A stretch of DNA of 64,000 nucleotides, taken from Chiloscyllium plagiosum. Taxonomy: Eukaryota. How positions within the stretch are numbered: the stretch's first letter is position 1; each line of letters begins with the position of its first letter. Shown here one piece after another: positions 12,193 through 25,476 of the stretch. Made by a program: the position numbers and the translations under genes. The notes below the pieces were generated by a model. That model saw only the letters and a list, made by a program, of their open reading frames with translations, ran no database searches and was not told where the DNA came from. The DNA is taken from NCBI RefSeq assembly GCF_004010195.1, contig NC_057755.1:1291306-1355305 (forward strand), given 5' to 3'.

Positions 12193-12679
12193 TCTGAACT
12201 CCAGTAAGTACAGGCTTAGTTGGCTCAATAATCAACATTGGGCAAACTTGTGGAATGAATTGCGAGAGGAGGTAGCGGATGCAGAACATTTAGATAAGGA
12301 GATGAGTAGGAAAGGTTTGAAGGGATATGGGTCAACTGCAAGTAGGTGGGGCTAGTTTGGTTTGGAAACATGGTCAGTGTGGGCTAGTTGGACCAAAGGG
12401 TCTGTTTCCAAGACTCAGTTCCCCAGTTTTACTCACTATCATCCACATATTTACATTCATAAAATTGAATCCAGCCCTGATCTCTTTGTTGATTAGTGGT
12501 GCTGGAAAAGCACAGCAGGTCAGGCAGCATCCGAGGATCAGGAAACATTTTTGCCCAAATAATTAATTGTTTGTTCACTGCATCTTTTGAGCCTTCCTTC
12601 ACTTGCTTTTCCCCATGCCCCATCTTCTCTCTTTTACCATCATTGGTACTAAGGCAAGGCCCATTATTCAACCTGTCTT

Positions 12680-13175
12680 TCAAGTTTTAATCCACTACGC
12701 TAGTTATTCGCTCAGCAGGAGATTAGTTCCATTTCTGTGAAACTCCCCTCTTCTGAACAGCTTTCTTCTTTTCCCAAAACTGATCACAATGTCCCAAAAA
12801 TCTAGACTGCTACCTTCTACACCATCCTTCAAGTCACGAATTTACCTCCCTCATCTGCCTTTGCCTAAACTGAGAAGCTGTAAGCACCCATGGTACTTCT
12901 GTGAATACTATGCTGGATGTCTTGTGTTTCAAATTCCTCAGCTGCTGAAATCGGTCCCCTAAGATCTCCAAGCTGTTCCTCCCTATGTTGTTTGTTCTCA
13001 CATGGAAACACAACCCCTGGTTTTCATTCTCCCTTTCCAGGCATTTATCCAGTTGTTCTGTTAATGACCTGAAGCCTTCTATCTGGGAAGCAACAGACCA
13101 TATATGACTCACCATCTTGGCTGCAAAATAGACTGTGTATCCCCCCAGCTAATGAATCACCCACTGCTACGATCT
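12680..13175 (-). mobile_element. Old CR1 ORF1 (SGNH esterase) relic
   Basis: GDSL-like motif near 13150-13165; ORF 12834..13115 has FHVRTNNIGR (HVGTND-like). Confidence 0.6.
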
Positions 13176-13359
13176 TTCTAGTCTGCCTACGAGCCACCGC
13201 CTTTTTTTTATTATTGGTCTTCAAAGTAACCTTGGGTTTCTCTCAAGTGATCCACCCCGACTCAGTTGTGTAGCTCACTAAATAGGCAAGGGAGAAAACT
13301 GTGAATCATAGACAGGTTAGCCTAGCATCAACAGTGGAGAAAATACTGGGATTTCTTTT

Positions 13360-15440
13360 TATTCACTCGTGAGATGTGGGCATCACTGGCTGGCTAGCAT
13401 TTATTGCCTATCCCTAGTTGCCCTTGAGAAGGTGGTGGGGGTGTTGGTGAGCTATCTTCATGAACTGCTACAATCCATGAGCTGAAGGTAGACCCACAAG
13501 GCCATTAGAATTCTAGAATGTTTTACCCAGCAGCAGTGAAAGAAGGGGGATATATTCCCAACTGAAAATGTGTTGCTGGAAAAGCGCAGCAGGTCAGGCA
13601 GCATCCAAGGAGCAGGAGAATCGACGTTTCGGGCATGAGCCCTTCTTCAGGAATGAGGAAAGTGTGTCCAGCAGGCTAAGATAAAAAGTAGGGAGGAGGG
13701 ACTTGGGGGAGGGGCGTTGGAAATGTGATAGGTGGAAGGAAGTCAAGGTGAGGGTGATAGGCTGGAGTGGGGGTGGGGGCAGAGAGGTCAGGAAGAAGAT
13801 TGCAGGTTAGGAAAGCGGTGCTGAGTTCGAGGGATTTGACTGAGACAAGGTGGGGGGAGGGGAAATAAGGAAACTAGAGAAATCTGAGTTCATCCCTTGT
13901 GGTTGGAGGGTTCCTAGGCGGAAGATGAGGCGCTCGTCCTCCAACCGTCGTGTTGCTATGGTCTGGCGATGGAGGAGTCCAAGGACCTGCATGTCCTTGG
14001 TGGAGTGGGAGGGGGAGTTGAAGTGTTGAGCCACGGGGTGGTTGGGTTGGTTGGTCCGGGTGTCCCAGAGGTGTTCTCTGAAACATTTTGCAAGTAGGTG
14101 GCCTGTCTCCCCAATATAGAGGAGGCCACATCGGGTGCAGAATGGGGATATATTCCCAAGTCAGGATGTTGAGTGAGTTGGGAGGGAAACTTGTAGGTGG
14201 CTGTTTTCCTGTATTTCTAATGCATTTATCCTTCCATATGGAACTGATATGGGTTTGGAAGGTGTTGCGAAAGGAGCATTGGTGAATTTCTGCAGTGCAT
14301 CTTTCTGATGATAGCAGCAGGAGTATGTAGAGAGTATGGATGTTTTTTTTTTTGGAGATCAATCATCTCGGCTCCAGGATATTTATGCAGGAGCTCCTCA
14401 GGCTGATGCCCAACCATTTTCAGCTAATCCAATGACCTTCCCTCCATCATTACCATGTCCAATAAGAGGCTATTTAACCATTACTTTCTGACATTGAATG
14501 GTGTTACATTCATTGAATTCTCCACTTGCAACAACTATAGGGTTACCATTGGTGCCAGTCAAGCAGGCTACTTGTTGGGAATGATGTCAAGAATCTTGCC
14601 TGTTATTGGAGCTACACTCATGCAGGCATTGCAGGGGACGATCCCATCGCTGTCCTGACTTGTGCCTTGCAGATAGGGTGTACAGGCTTTTAGAAGTCAA
14701 GAGGTGAATTACTTGCTGAAACATTTCCAGCCTCAGGAATTCTTCATAGCTGCCATATTTATATGGTGAGTCAACTTGAGTTTCTGGTCAATAGTAACCC
14801 CTAGAGTTGATAAAAGGAGGGGATTTAGTGAATATAACACAAGTAGTTAGATAGAAGGAAGGTCATTGAAGCACCTGAAGATGGTTGGCCGTAAGACACT
14901 ATCTGGAGTCCTTGCAAAGTTGCCCTGGAACTGAGATGATTGATCTTCAGAAGCAGCAGTCATTTTACTATGTGCCAGGTTATGACTCCAACCAGTGGAG
15001 AGTGCCCCCGATTCCCATTGACTGAGTTTTCCTCTGGCTCTTTGATGCTACAGTAAGTCACATGGAGGCTTGATGTAACAAGGTCAGGAGCCGAATGGCC
15101 CTCTCAGAACCCAAACTGGGTGTTAGTGAGCAGGTTATTGCGAAGCAGGTGGTGCTTGATATAACTGTTGATGTCATGTTCCATCATTTCAGAAATTGTC
15201 TGAGTTGGGTTTGTTTTGCATTTTGTGCATAGGACATAGCTTGTCAATTTTCCATATTGTCAGGAGATGCTATTGCTGTAACTATACTGAAACAGCTTTG
15301 CTTGGGTGCTGCAAATTCTGGAGCTGAAGTCCTCTGTATTATTGATGGAATTATCAGGGCATAGTATTTGCAGTATTTAGTTCCTCCAAACATTTCACCC
15401 TATCCAATGAAATGAGTCAAATTGGCTGAAGGCAAGCTCA
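13360..15440 (-). mobile_element. Fragmented CR1-group LINE (second family, tail ttcactcgtgagatgtgggcatcactggc)
   Basis: Same tail and body as 21995-25140; interrupted by a PLE and rearranged. Confidence 0.65.
13562..14139 (-). mobile_element. Penelope-like element 3' fragment (GIY-YIG endonuclease + pLTR with hammerhead)
   Basis: CTRCGLLYIGETG and AQHFNSPSHSTKDMQVLGLLH..ERLIFRLGTLQPQGMN; hammerhead at 13619-13655 (-); TSD gaa(g/t)ggggatatattcccaa at 13542-13561 and 14140-14159. Confidence 0.9.
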
Positions 15441-15789
15441 TGTTCACTGTGGAAGGGAGACTAAATGATACTATTCTTTTTAATGGAGATGAGCTGCAAT
15501 GCAAAGTGACTTGATGGGGAGATTTGTGCTTGGAGCACATAAAACTGGCACACTGGGTGCAGTGAGAAATCAGGAAGGCTCCTGGAACTTTGGCCCTTAG
15601 TTCAAGGAGGTTGGAGTAAAAAAGTCAGGAAGTCTTACTGTAACTGTACAGGTGCTGGTGAGGCCATGTTTGGAGTACTGTGAACAGTTTTGTTCCCCTT
15701 TTATTTAAGGAAAGACATCATTCCATTAGAGAAAGTTCACTAGGATGATCCCTGATATGGCTAGTTATGATAAAGACTAAATAGATTTG

Positions 15790-16965
15790 CCAGATCTGTT
15801 CAAAGTAGGTCCTGTTTAGTACAGAGTACACACAGCATGAAGGAGGGTATCCTCAATGTGAAGGTGGCACTTTGTCTTCACAAAACTGTGTGCAATGGTC
15901 ACTCTTACTGATACTGTCATGAAGGGATGCATGTGCTGGAGGCAGATTAGTGGAAATGAGGCTGTTTTTTTCTATTCTTGGTTCCCTCGCCACCTGCTGC
16001 AGACCTCTCTTCTAGCAGCATTGTCCTGTAGGACCCAACCAACTCCGTCAATAGCACTGCTGCCAAGTTACTCTGGGTGGTGGATAATGAAAACCCTCTT
16101 CCAGTGATCTGAATAATCTGCACTCTGTGATTCCTTCTAGTGTTCTTCATGGAAGAGTCCTGATTTGCAAGGTAACAGGTGATACATGATAATCAATAGA
16201 AAGGCTCTTTGTCTGTGTTCGACCTGATGCTATGAACGTCAATGACTCTAGACCCAGTGTTGAGAACTCCAGGACATCTCCCTGCTGACTGTGTCCAACT
16301 GTGTCACCACTTCTGCAGGATTAGATTAGATTCCCTACAGTGTTGAAACAGGCTCTTCGGCCCAACCAGTCCTCACCGACCCTCCGAAGGGTAACCTACC
16401 CAGATCCATTTCCCTCTGACTAATGCACCTAACACTATGGGCAATTTAGCATGGCCAATTCATCTAACCTGCACATCTTTGGACTGTGGGAGGACCTGGA
16501 GGAAACCCATGCAGACACTGGGCGAATGTGCAAACTCCACACATAGTCGCCCGAGGCTGGAATCGAACCTGGTGCTGTGAGGCAGCAGTGTTAACCACTG
16601 AGCCACTGTGCCGCAAGATAGTGGTATCTGGGACATTGTACAGTATGATTCTGTGGGTAGTCAGGCAGTTGCTTGACTATTGTGAAACAGCTGTCCCAAT
16701 GTTGGCACAAACCCTCAGATGGTACTAAAGAGGACTTTGCAGGGTTGACAAGTATTTTTGCACTGCGGTGACCAGGTAGATACCACGTGGTCCATTGTTT
16801 TTTTTTTGTTGAGACTTCATAACAATTGTAACAACCCAGTGGCTTGCTAGCCCATTTCAGAGGGCATGTAAGAATCAACTACATTGCTGTAAGTCTGGAG
16901 TCACTTGTAGGCCAGACCAGATGAGAATAGCAGATTTCTTTAAGAGCATTAATGAACCAGATGAT
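15790..16965 (-). mobile_element. CR1-group LINE 5'/endonuclease-region fragments (second family)
   Basis: Similar to 24400-25140; degenerate and interrupted by a V-SINE. Confidence 0.5.
16319..16614 (-). mobile_element. HE1-like tRNA-derived V-SINE
   Basis: gcggcacagtggctcagtggttaacactgctgcctcacagcacc head, V-domain core gtggagtttgcacatt, (TAATC)n tail. Confidence 0.85.
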
Positions 16966-17621
16966 CTTCCTTGGTAAAAAGAAAAAGTGGTTGGTGTTTA
17001 TTTGGGTTTTCAATAAGCTTTTGATAAAGGCCTACATATTTTGGTACCCAAAATCAGCACACCTGGGATGAGTGGTAATAGTTTGAGAAATGGCTACCAG
17101 ACAGGAAACAGTAGGAATATTCAATACATAAGAATGTAGTATAGTTCTGAAGGAGGGTTGCTAGAATCTAATGTTCACTCTGCTTTCTCTCAACCGATTC
17201 TTCCAAACCTGTTGAGTTTCTTTATCAATTTATTTTGGTTGTAGGAATAGATGGGTCGTCTTCTGGATAGAAGGTGATGAAATGGGACTTACTGCAAGGT
17301 TCAGTGCTTTGAGCCGAGCTGTTTACGATATTAAGGGACACATTTGTTTCCCTCATCTGAATCAATGTTTTCTGTTTCTTAAGCATTAAGAAGAATGAAA
17401 AGAGGCTTAAGGACGACTTAAGCAAACTGAATGAATAGGCAGATGCAGAATAAAATAAATTCGGTGCCATCCACTTTGGCAGGAAAATCAGAATGGCAAT
17501 ATATTAATTGATATAGTGGGAAAAGTTAATGTACAAAGGGTACATGAGAATGTTAGTACACTGATCTTTGAAAGCAAACCTGCTGGTGCAGCAAGCAGTT
17601 TGGAAGGTAAATAATATGATG

Positions 17622-17939
17622 ATTTAGATCAGGTTACCTATAGTTGGGAAACAGGACCTTTGGCCTAACAAGTCCACACTGACCCTCCGAAGTGTGACCC
17701 ACCCAAACCCATTCCCCCTAATTAATGCACCTTACTCTATAGGCAATTTAGTATGACTAATTCATCTCATCTGCACATCTTTGGACTGTGAGAGGAAACC
17801 TGAGCACCTGGAGGAAACCCATGCAGACACGGGGAAAATGTGCAAACTCCACACATACAGTTGCCAAGGTAACAATTGAACCCGGATCCCTTTCACTGTG
17901 AGGCAGCAGTGCTAACCACTGAGCCACCATACCGCCCCC
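17622..17939 (-). mobile_element. HE1-like V-SINE
   Basis: Same head, core and tail as the other copies. Confidence 0.85.
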
Positions 17940-18464
17940 AAATAGACATACAGGCGTTCCTTGGTGGGCCTTCTTTGCAAAAGGTAAGTACTAAGATAAG
18001 AAAGTCTTACTGCACCTGCACCAGACCTTGTTGAAAAGTATAAATATAGAGCATAGGTATAGGAGTAGGCCATTTGGCCCTTTTTGAGCCTGCTCTGCCA
18101 CTCAGTGTGATCATGGCTAACCATCCAACTCCGTACCCTGTTCTTGCTTTCTCTCTGTCATTTGATTCTTAAACCCTAACTCCTTAAACTTCCAATGTTT
18201 TGGCCTCAACTGCTTTCTGTGGCAGAGAATTCCACAGGCGCACCCATTCTCTCGGTGAAGTCACTTCTTGTCTGAGTCCTAAATGGCCTACCCTTAGACT
18301 GTGATCCCAGGTTCTGCACTCCCCATTCATCAGGAACATCTTTCCTGTCTTTATTTAGTTCTGTTTAAAATTTTATGGTTTTCTGAGGTACCCCTCATTC
18401 TTCTAAACTCCATGAGTAAAGTCCTAACTGATGCAAGTCTCTCCATGTATCAGTTCTGCCATCC

Positions 18465-18680
18465 CCAGAGTTGTCATCACCACAGGAAATGACATCACCA
18501 ACCCAAAGAAACTCCAACATAAATAGAAAACAGGAATTATCAGCAGTGCTTTGCCTGGAGGCCCACTGAAGATGTTGCCCCATTGGTTGACGAAATGTTT
18601 GGAAATGAACCTTCCAGCTCAGCAAGCAAACCTACATCTAGAACCTCCACCTGAGCTACAAATCTTATCAAAACTCGCAA
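18465..18680 (+). mobile_element. PLE-like terminal fragment (family C) with hammerhead motif
   Basis: cca-CTGAAGA-tgttgccccattggttgac-GAAA-TG-TT-tgg at 18563-18602; the downstream ttccagctcagc tail is shared with 57561-57791. Confidence 0.6.
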
Positions 18681-19261
18681 AGTGAGTGAATCGCTGCAGC
18701 ATTCCTAGCCTCTAACCTTTTTTTAAAAATATTTTTTGTTTTAATTGCTTCACCAGTGGTGGCTGATGCTACAGTTGCCTCATACCAAGTGCTGGAATTT
18801 CTTTCATGACCACCCTCACCTCCTTAATCTCTTCCCTCTTTTGATGACTTTGGTCATCTGCTCTAGTATCGTTTGTCCGTGGCTGGAGTGTCACATTTTG
18901 TCAGCTAACATTTCTGTGAAGCCTATCAGGATGTTGCATAACGCTAAAATGCTGGGTAAGTGCAAATTTGATGTATCACCCATGGTACTCTGATCCTCCT
19001 TTGACCCCCCCCCAAGAACTGGCTCTCATCTCAACGTCTTTCATTATAGAAAACCAGTAAGGGTTCCCTCAGCCCAGCCAATAATCCCTGCCTGAAGCTT
19101 CTCAGTTAAAAAAGAATACTGATACTCACAGTCGAGATGTGCCCATGAATGACGGCCACTTTAATGAGATACCAAGTACTGGGCACCAGAAAAACAATCC
19201 CTTTAAACACAGGAGGTGAGCAAAATCCTGAATAAAACAGTCTGGATGACTTGATTTTTTT

Positions 19262-20710
19262 TTTCACTCATGGGACATGGTCATCGCTGAACTTTTATTG
19301 CCTGTCCCCAGTTGCCCTTTACAATGTGATGTGAACTGTCTTCTTAAACTACAGTCCACGTGCTGTAGGTTGACCCACAATATCATCAGAAAAGGAATAC
19401 TAGGATCTTGATCCAAAGACAGTGAAGGAACGGTGATATATTTTTGAGTCAGAATGGTGAGTGGCTTGGAAGAGAACTTCTGGGTGGTGTACAAGTGTTC
19501 CCATGGATCTGCTGCCCTTGTCCTTCTGGATGGAAATGGTTGTAGGTTTGGAACATGCTGTATAGGGAGCTTTAGTGAATTTATGCAGTCCGTCTTTTGG
19601 ATATACACACTGCTGCTATTGAGCATCAATGGGGAAAAGAATGGATATGGTGCCAATCAAGCAAGCTGCTTTGTTCTAGATGGTGTCAAGCTTCTTGAGT
19701 ATTGCTGGAGTTACACCAATCCAGACTGGTGCCGAGTATTCTATCACACTCCTTACTTGTGCCTTGTAAATGGTTGACAAGCTTTGGAGAGTCAGGAGTT
19801 GAGTTTCTCACCACAGTATTCCTAGCATCTGGCCCCTTTCTTGTAGCCACTGTGTTTGTGCTGTGAATCTAGTTGAGTTCTTTTCATTGGTAACCCCCAG
19901 AATGATGTTAGTGGGGGGGTCAGTTATGGTAACACTATCCAATGTCAGGGGGTATTTACTAGATAGTCATTGCCTGGCATTTGTGTCATGGGAATGTGAC
20001 TTGCTAGTTGTCAGAGAGAAAGTGAGGATGCTGGAGAGTCCACCAAATACTGCCCCATCAGTCTATTCTTGATCATTAGTAAAGTGAGGGAAGGTGTCAC
20101 CAACAGAGCTATCGAGCAGCACCTGCTCAGCAGTAACCTGTTCGCAGGATAAATAGACAAAGTCTTTTCCCTGGGGTGGGGGCAGTCCAGAACTAGAAGG
20201 CATAGGTTTAGGGTGAGAGGGGAAAGATTATAAAAGAGACCAAAGGGGCAACTTTTTCAGGCAGAGGGTACGTGTATGGAATGAGCTCCCGAAGGAAGTG
20301 GTGGAGGCTGGTACAATTGCAACATTTAAAAGGCAACTGGATAGGTATATGAATAGGAGGGGATTGGAGGGATATGGGCTGGGTGCTGGCAGGTGGGACT
20401 AGATTGGGTTGGGATATCTGGTCGACATGGACGAGTTGGACCAAAGGGTCCGTTTCCGTGCTGTACATCTCTATGACTCCATGATTTTATATTATACTGT
20501 ATTTATATAGTGAATCCAGCTCCGTTTCTGGTTAATGATAACACTCAGGATTTTGATATTGGGATATTTAGTGATGGTAATGCCATTGAATGTCAAGAGG
20601 CAATGTGTTAGATTTTCACTTACTGATGATGCCTGGTATTTGTGTGGTGCGAATATTATTTGCTATTTTCTGTCCAAGTCTTGTTGTATTTGGACATGAA
20701 TCTGCATACA
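19262..20710 (-). mobile_element. CR1-group LINE 3' fragment with a nested + strand CR1 3' end (20145-20480)
   Basis: Tail at 19262 as at 13360 and 21995; the nested piece ends in ctctatgactccatga. Confidence 0.7.
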
Positions 20711-21417
20711 ATAATTCATGTTTGGTCAACATGTGGTCCTTACCAAGGTCCTGTAAAATTGCAGCAAGATATCCCTGCTCTTGAATTAGAATCCTTTCAC
20801 TATGAAGGCTAATGAACCATTTGCCTTGTCCACTGCCTGCTGCTTCTGCATCTCTACTTTGTGACTGGTGTACAATGACACCTAAATCTCATTACTCCTT
20901 CCCTTTTCCCAACATGTTGCCATTCAGATAATCTGCCTTCCTGTTTTTGCTACCAAAACGAATAGCCTCTTCTTTTTTTCTCCACGTTACAGTTCATCTG
21001 ACGTGCATTTGGCGAAATCACGAGATTTACCCAAATCACTTTGAAGCATCTCCTTATCCTCATAGTTCATTTTGATTTCCTTGTCCAACAAGAACAAAGG
21101 TTGTCAGGGGTAGATGTGAATAATGAAGTCAAAACACAATTAATCAGACATAATCTTATTGAATGGCAGAGCAGGCTTGAGGAACCAAAATGATCTACTT
21201 CCATATCTGCATAGTATGGTTGGTTTCTTGTTTTGTATTTAGTTTATTCATTATTTATTTGATCCATTATTTATTTGATCCATTAATAACAATGGATTAG
21301 TACCTAGCTTTATATACTTAAGTGGAAAATCTCATTACTCAACGCATCCTATCATTTCTATTCACAGTGGTTATCTTTTGCTCTGCACATCAACATATTC
21401 ATTTTCATTCTTTACAG

Positions 21418-21589
21418 AAAGTCACTGAGTTTGTGGAGAAGGGAAACCGAGCAGACAGTTCCAAACTTCTCCTGAACCTGGTGATGGCGGAAAGTGCTCG
21501 GGCCCGAAGAGTGATGTGGGAATCGTTTGTGACAATGCGAAACAGGGTTCCAAAGTTGAATAAAATACTGAACGAAGCACAGTATTTTG
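21418..21589 (+). pseudogene. NLR N-terminal exon 2 (death-fold-like domain part 2)
   Basis: Acceptor ttctttacag|, donor G|gtatag; KVTEFVEKGNRADSSKLLLNLVMAESARARRVMWESFVTMRNRVPKLNKILNEAQYF; phase 0 in, phase 1 out. Confidence 0.85.
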
Positions 21590-21690
21590 GTATAGTAAAA
21601 TGACAGAATTTTATTTCAGATTCAAGTACTTCAAATTTTCCTGTGATATTATGAAGATCTTTTCTCATAAAAGTCAATTGATTTAAACAG

Positions 21691-21756
21691 ATCTGGATCG
21701 ATTTAATTATGTTACCAATGCACAAGGTTCATCTGAAGTACCCAGTCAATTGAAAG
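21691..21756 (+). pseudogene. NLR linker exon 3 (66 nt, GC donor)
   Basis: Acceptor ttaaacag|; phase 1-1; DLDRFNYVTNAQGSSEVPSQLK; donor AAAG|gcaagg. Confidence 0.7.
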
Positions 21757-21994
21757 GCAAGGAATAAGGCATATATCACACTGTTCATTTGATTTGAGAA
21801 TCTTCACGATTGACTATCTTTTGACAGCACATGACTCAAGTCAGTCAGAAAGCAAAGTCACGAGTACTGGTTGAACATTGTTTGGATTTGTCATCAATCT
21901 CCAACTGATTTGGTTTAAGTTAAAAGTCATACAAGATGATATTTCTGTTGTTTTTCCTGTAAATATGTGGATGTTGCATTATTACATTTTTGTT

Positions 21995-24900
21995 ATTTAT
22001 TCATGGGATGTGGGTGTTGCTGGCTGGCCAGCATCTGTTGCCTGTCCCTAGTTGCCCTTGAGAAGGTGGCAGTGAGCTGTTGCCTTGAAATGTTGCAGTC
22101 CACTTGCTGAGGGTTGACCCACAATGCTGTTTAGGAGGGAATTCCAGGATTTTCACCCAGCAACAGTGAAAGAATGACTATATATGTCAGATTGGTGAGT
22201 CATTGCATGCAAAGGTGTTCCCATTTTATCGGTTATCCTTGTAGATGCAAGTGGTCGTAGGTTTGGATGGTGCTCTCTAAGGAGCATTGATTAATTTCTG
22301 CAATGCATCGAGTAGATAGTGCACATGGCTGCTACTACATGCCAGTTGGGGAAGAAGTAGATGTTTGTGGATGTGGTTGCAATCAAGTGGGCTGCTTTGT
22401 TCTGGGTGATGTCGAGCTTCTTGAGTGTTGTTGAAGCTGCACCCGTACAAGCAAGTCGAGAATATTGCAATGCATTCCTAACTTGTCTGGTAGATGATGG
22501 ACAGGCTTTGGGGAGTGAGAAGGTGAGTTACTCACTGCAGTATTCAAGCCTCTACCTGCTCATGTAGCTACTCTGTGACTGGCTTGGTCAAATTTCACTT
22601 CAATAGTAACTGCAAAGATGTTGATGGTGGGGAATTCATTGAGCGTAACAACATTGAATGTCAAAGGACGGTGGTTAGATTGTCTGTCTGTCTGTCTGTC
22701 TGTCTATCTGTCTGTTATTGGAGATGGTTATTGCCTGGCATTTGTGTGGAGAGAATGTTGCTTGTCGGTCCAAGTCTGCATATTGTCAAGATCTTGGGCA
22801 TTTGAACATGGACAACTTCAGTATCTGAGGAATAACGCTGAACATTGTGCAAACCTCAGCGAATAACTTCTGACATTTTATGATGTTGGGAAGGTCATTG
22901 AAGCAGCTGAAGGTGGTTGGGCCTAGGATGCTGCCTTCGGGACCTCCCGCAGAGATGTCTTGCAGCTGAGATGACTGACATCCAGCAATCACAACCATCT
23001 TCCTATGGGCCAGATATGACTCCAACCAGTGGAGAGTTTGTCCTGCGATACCCATTTATTCCAGATTTGATAGGGTTCCTTGATGCCACACTTGATCAAA
23101 ATCAGCCTGGATATCAAGGGCTGTCACTCTCGCCTCATAATCTGGAATTCAGCTCTTTTTTGTCCATGTTTGAACCAAGGCCGCAATGAGGTCAGGAACT
23201 GGTTGGCCCCAGCAGAACCCATACTGGGTGCCACAGAACAAGTGCTGCTTGACAGCCCTGTTGAACACATTTTCCACCACTTTACCAATTTGAGCAGAGA
23301 CTGATGGAGTGGTAATTGGCTGGGTAAAATGTGTCCTACTTTTTATGCACAGGATATACTTGGGCAGTTTTCCAGTTGTTGGGTAGATGCCAGTGTTGTA
23401 ACTGTACTGGAATAGCTTGACTAGCGGGGTGGCGATTTCTGGAGCACATGTTTTCTGTGCAATTGTTGGAATATTGTCAGAGTGCATAGCCTTTGCAGAA
23501 CCCAGGGCCTCCAACCGTTTCTTGTTCTCCTGTGGAGTGAATTGGTTGATGGTTGGTATCTGTAATATTGGGGACCACTGGAGGAGGCCACAAGGGGTCA
23601 TCCATTTGGCACTTCTGGCTGAAGATTGCTGTGAATGTTTTAGCCTTATCTTTTGCACTGATATGCTGAGCTCTTTCATCACTGAAGATGGGGATATTTT
23701 GAGAGTTGTTTAATTGCAAATATCCATCAGAGCTTAGATCTGATCTGTTACTTGTGAAATCGCTTAGCATATGCTGTTTGGCACGCAAGTAGTCTTGTTT
23801 GGTAGGTTTTCCAGATTGACACCTCATTTTTAGGTATGCCTGTTCTGCTCCTAGCATACCCTCCTGCAGTCTCCATTGAACTAGGGTTGATCCCCTGCCT
23901 TGATGGTAATTATTGAGAGGAGAATATGCCAGGCCATGAGTTGCATACTGTGTTGGATTACAATTCTGCTGCTGTTGATGACCCACAATGCCTTGTGGAT
24001 GCCCAGTCCTGAGATGCTATAGCTGTTCGAAGTCTATCCCATTCAGCGTGGTGACAGTGCCACACAGCATGGAGGTTATCCTAATATGAAGACAGGAGAG
24101 ATACATCTGCAGCCAACACATTAGTAAGGATGAGGTCAAGTATGTTTTCCCTCTTGTCTGTTCCCTCACCATCGACTGCAGATCCAGTCTAGCAGCTATG
24201 TCCTTTTTAGGACTCAACCAGCTCAATCACTAATGCTACTGCTTTTATTGGTGGATGGTGAAATCACCCATCCAGAGTTCAGACTACTCCCTTGCCATGG
24301 CTTGATGGTAATGGTAGACTGTGGGTATGCTGGACCGTGAGGTTGCAAACTGTGTAGGAGTCTAATGGTAATGCTGTTAGCTCAGTGCCTCATGGATGCC
24401 CAGTCTTGTGTTGCTATATCTGTTCAAAGTCATGCCATACATTATGTTTGTATGTGGGATTTCGACTCTATAAGGACTGTGTGGTCGTTCCTCTTGCTGA
24501 TTAAATATTGGACCGATGCATCTGCAGCCAGCACATTGGTGAGGATGAGGTAGAGTATGTTTATTCATTCTTATTTCTCTCACTTGTTGTGGATACAGTT
24601 CAGTAACTTCGTCCTTTAGGACTTGACCAGTTCAGTCAGTAGTACTGCTATTGAGCCACTGTTGATGGAGGATTTTGAAATCTCCTATCCAGAGTACATT
24701 CTGCACCCTGGAGTATTGTTTCATTAGCTGAGGGAAAATATATTGAAATCAGCAGGCAATTTCTTTGCCCATGTTTGACCTGATATCATGAAACTTCATG
24801 GGGCCAGAGTCCATGCTGAGGACTCTCAGGGTGACTGCCTCCTGACTGTGTATACCACTTTGCTGCCCCTTTCACTGGGCCTGTCCTGTCTATGGGGCAG

Positions 24901-25140
24901 GGCGTATTCGGTGATGGTGGTGTCTGGGCCATAGTCCTATTATGGAATCATACCCTAATGTCAGGCTGTTGCTTGCCAAAACTGAGAGTACTATCCTAGT
25001 TTTGGTACTGGCCCCCAGTTCGTCATGTCATTTCCAATATTCGGCTGAAGCAGGTGGGCCATCTGATTTAATCACAATTGATACAGTTGGCTTGCTAGGT
25101 CATTTCAGAGGGCAGTTGAGTCGACCGTGTTGCTGTGGGT
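21995..25140 (-). mobile_element. Long degenerate CR1-group LINE (second family)
   Basis: RT motifs LHWLESYLAHRKMVV..GGPEGSILGP..FA(E/D)V (22786..23055) and KAMHSDNIP..CAPEIATPLVKLFQYSYNTG (23149..23682). Confidence 0.85.
22680..22715 (+). repeat. (TCTG)n microsatellite
   Basis: tgtctgtctgtctgtctgtctgtctatctgtctgt. Confidence 0.9.
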
Positions 25141-25476
25141 TCATTAGAGCACTTGTTGACATACAAATGATTTTAATATGTTTATATTGAGATGATTTGA
25201 GCATAGAGCAGATGAAGTGATATTAGCCATCATAGAGAAATAAAATCCTAAGTGAAATCTCCATGTTTAACACATTTTTTGGAATGAACTGAAGATTTCA
25301 AATGTGTTTTTTGCTAGTTTTCAAAAATGATTTTCATTAACTGATAGTTTTGATACAAACCTCCATTGAAACAATGATTTAATTCTTGTAATACTTTACA
25401 AATTTAATGAAATGATATTGAGAAGTTATGTCAAAACAACTAACGTCAAGAACCAATTTGTCTGTTCTAATTTTAA

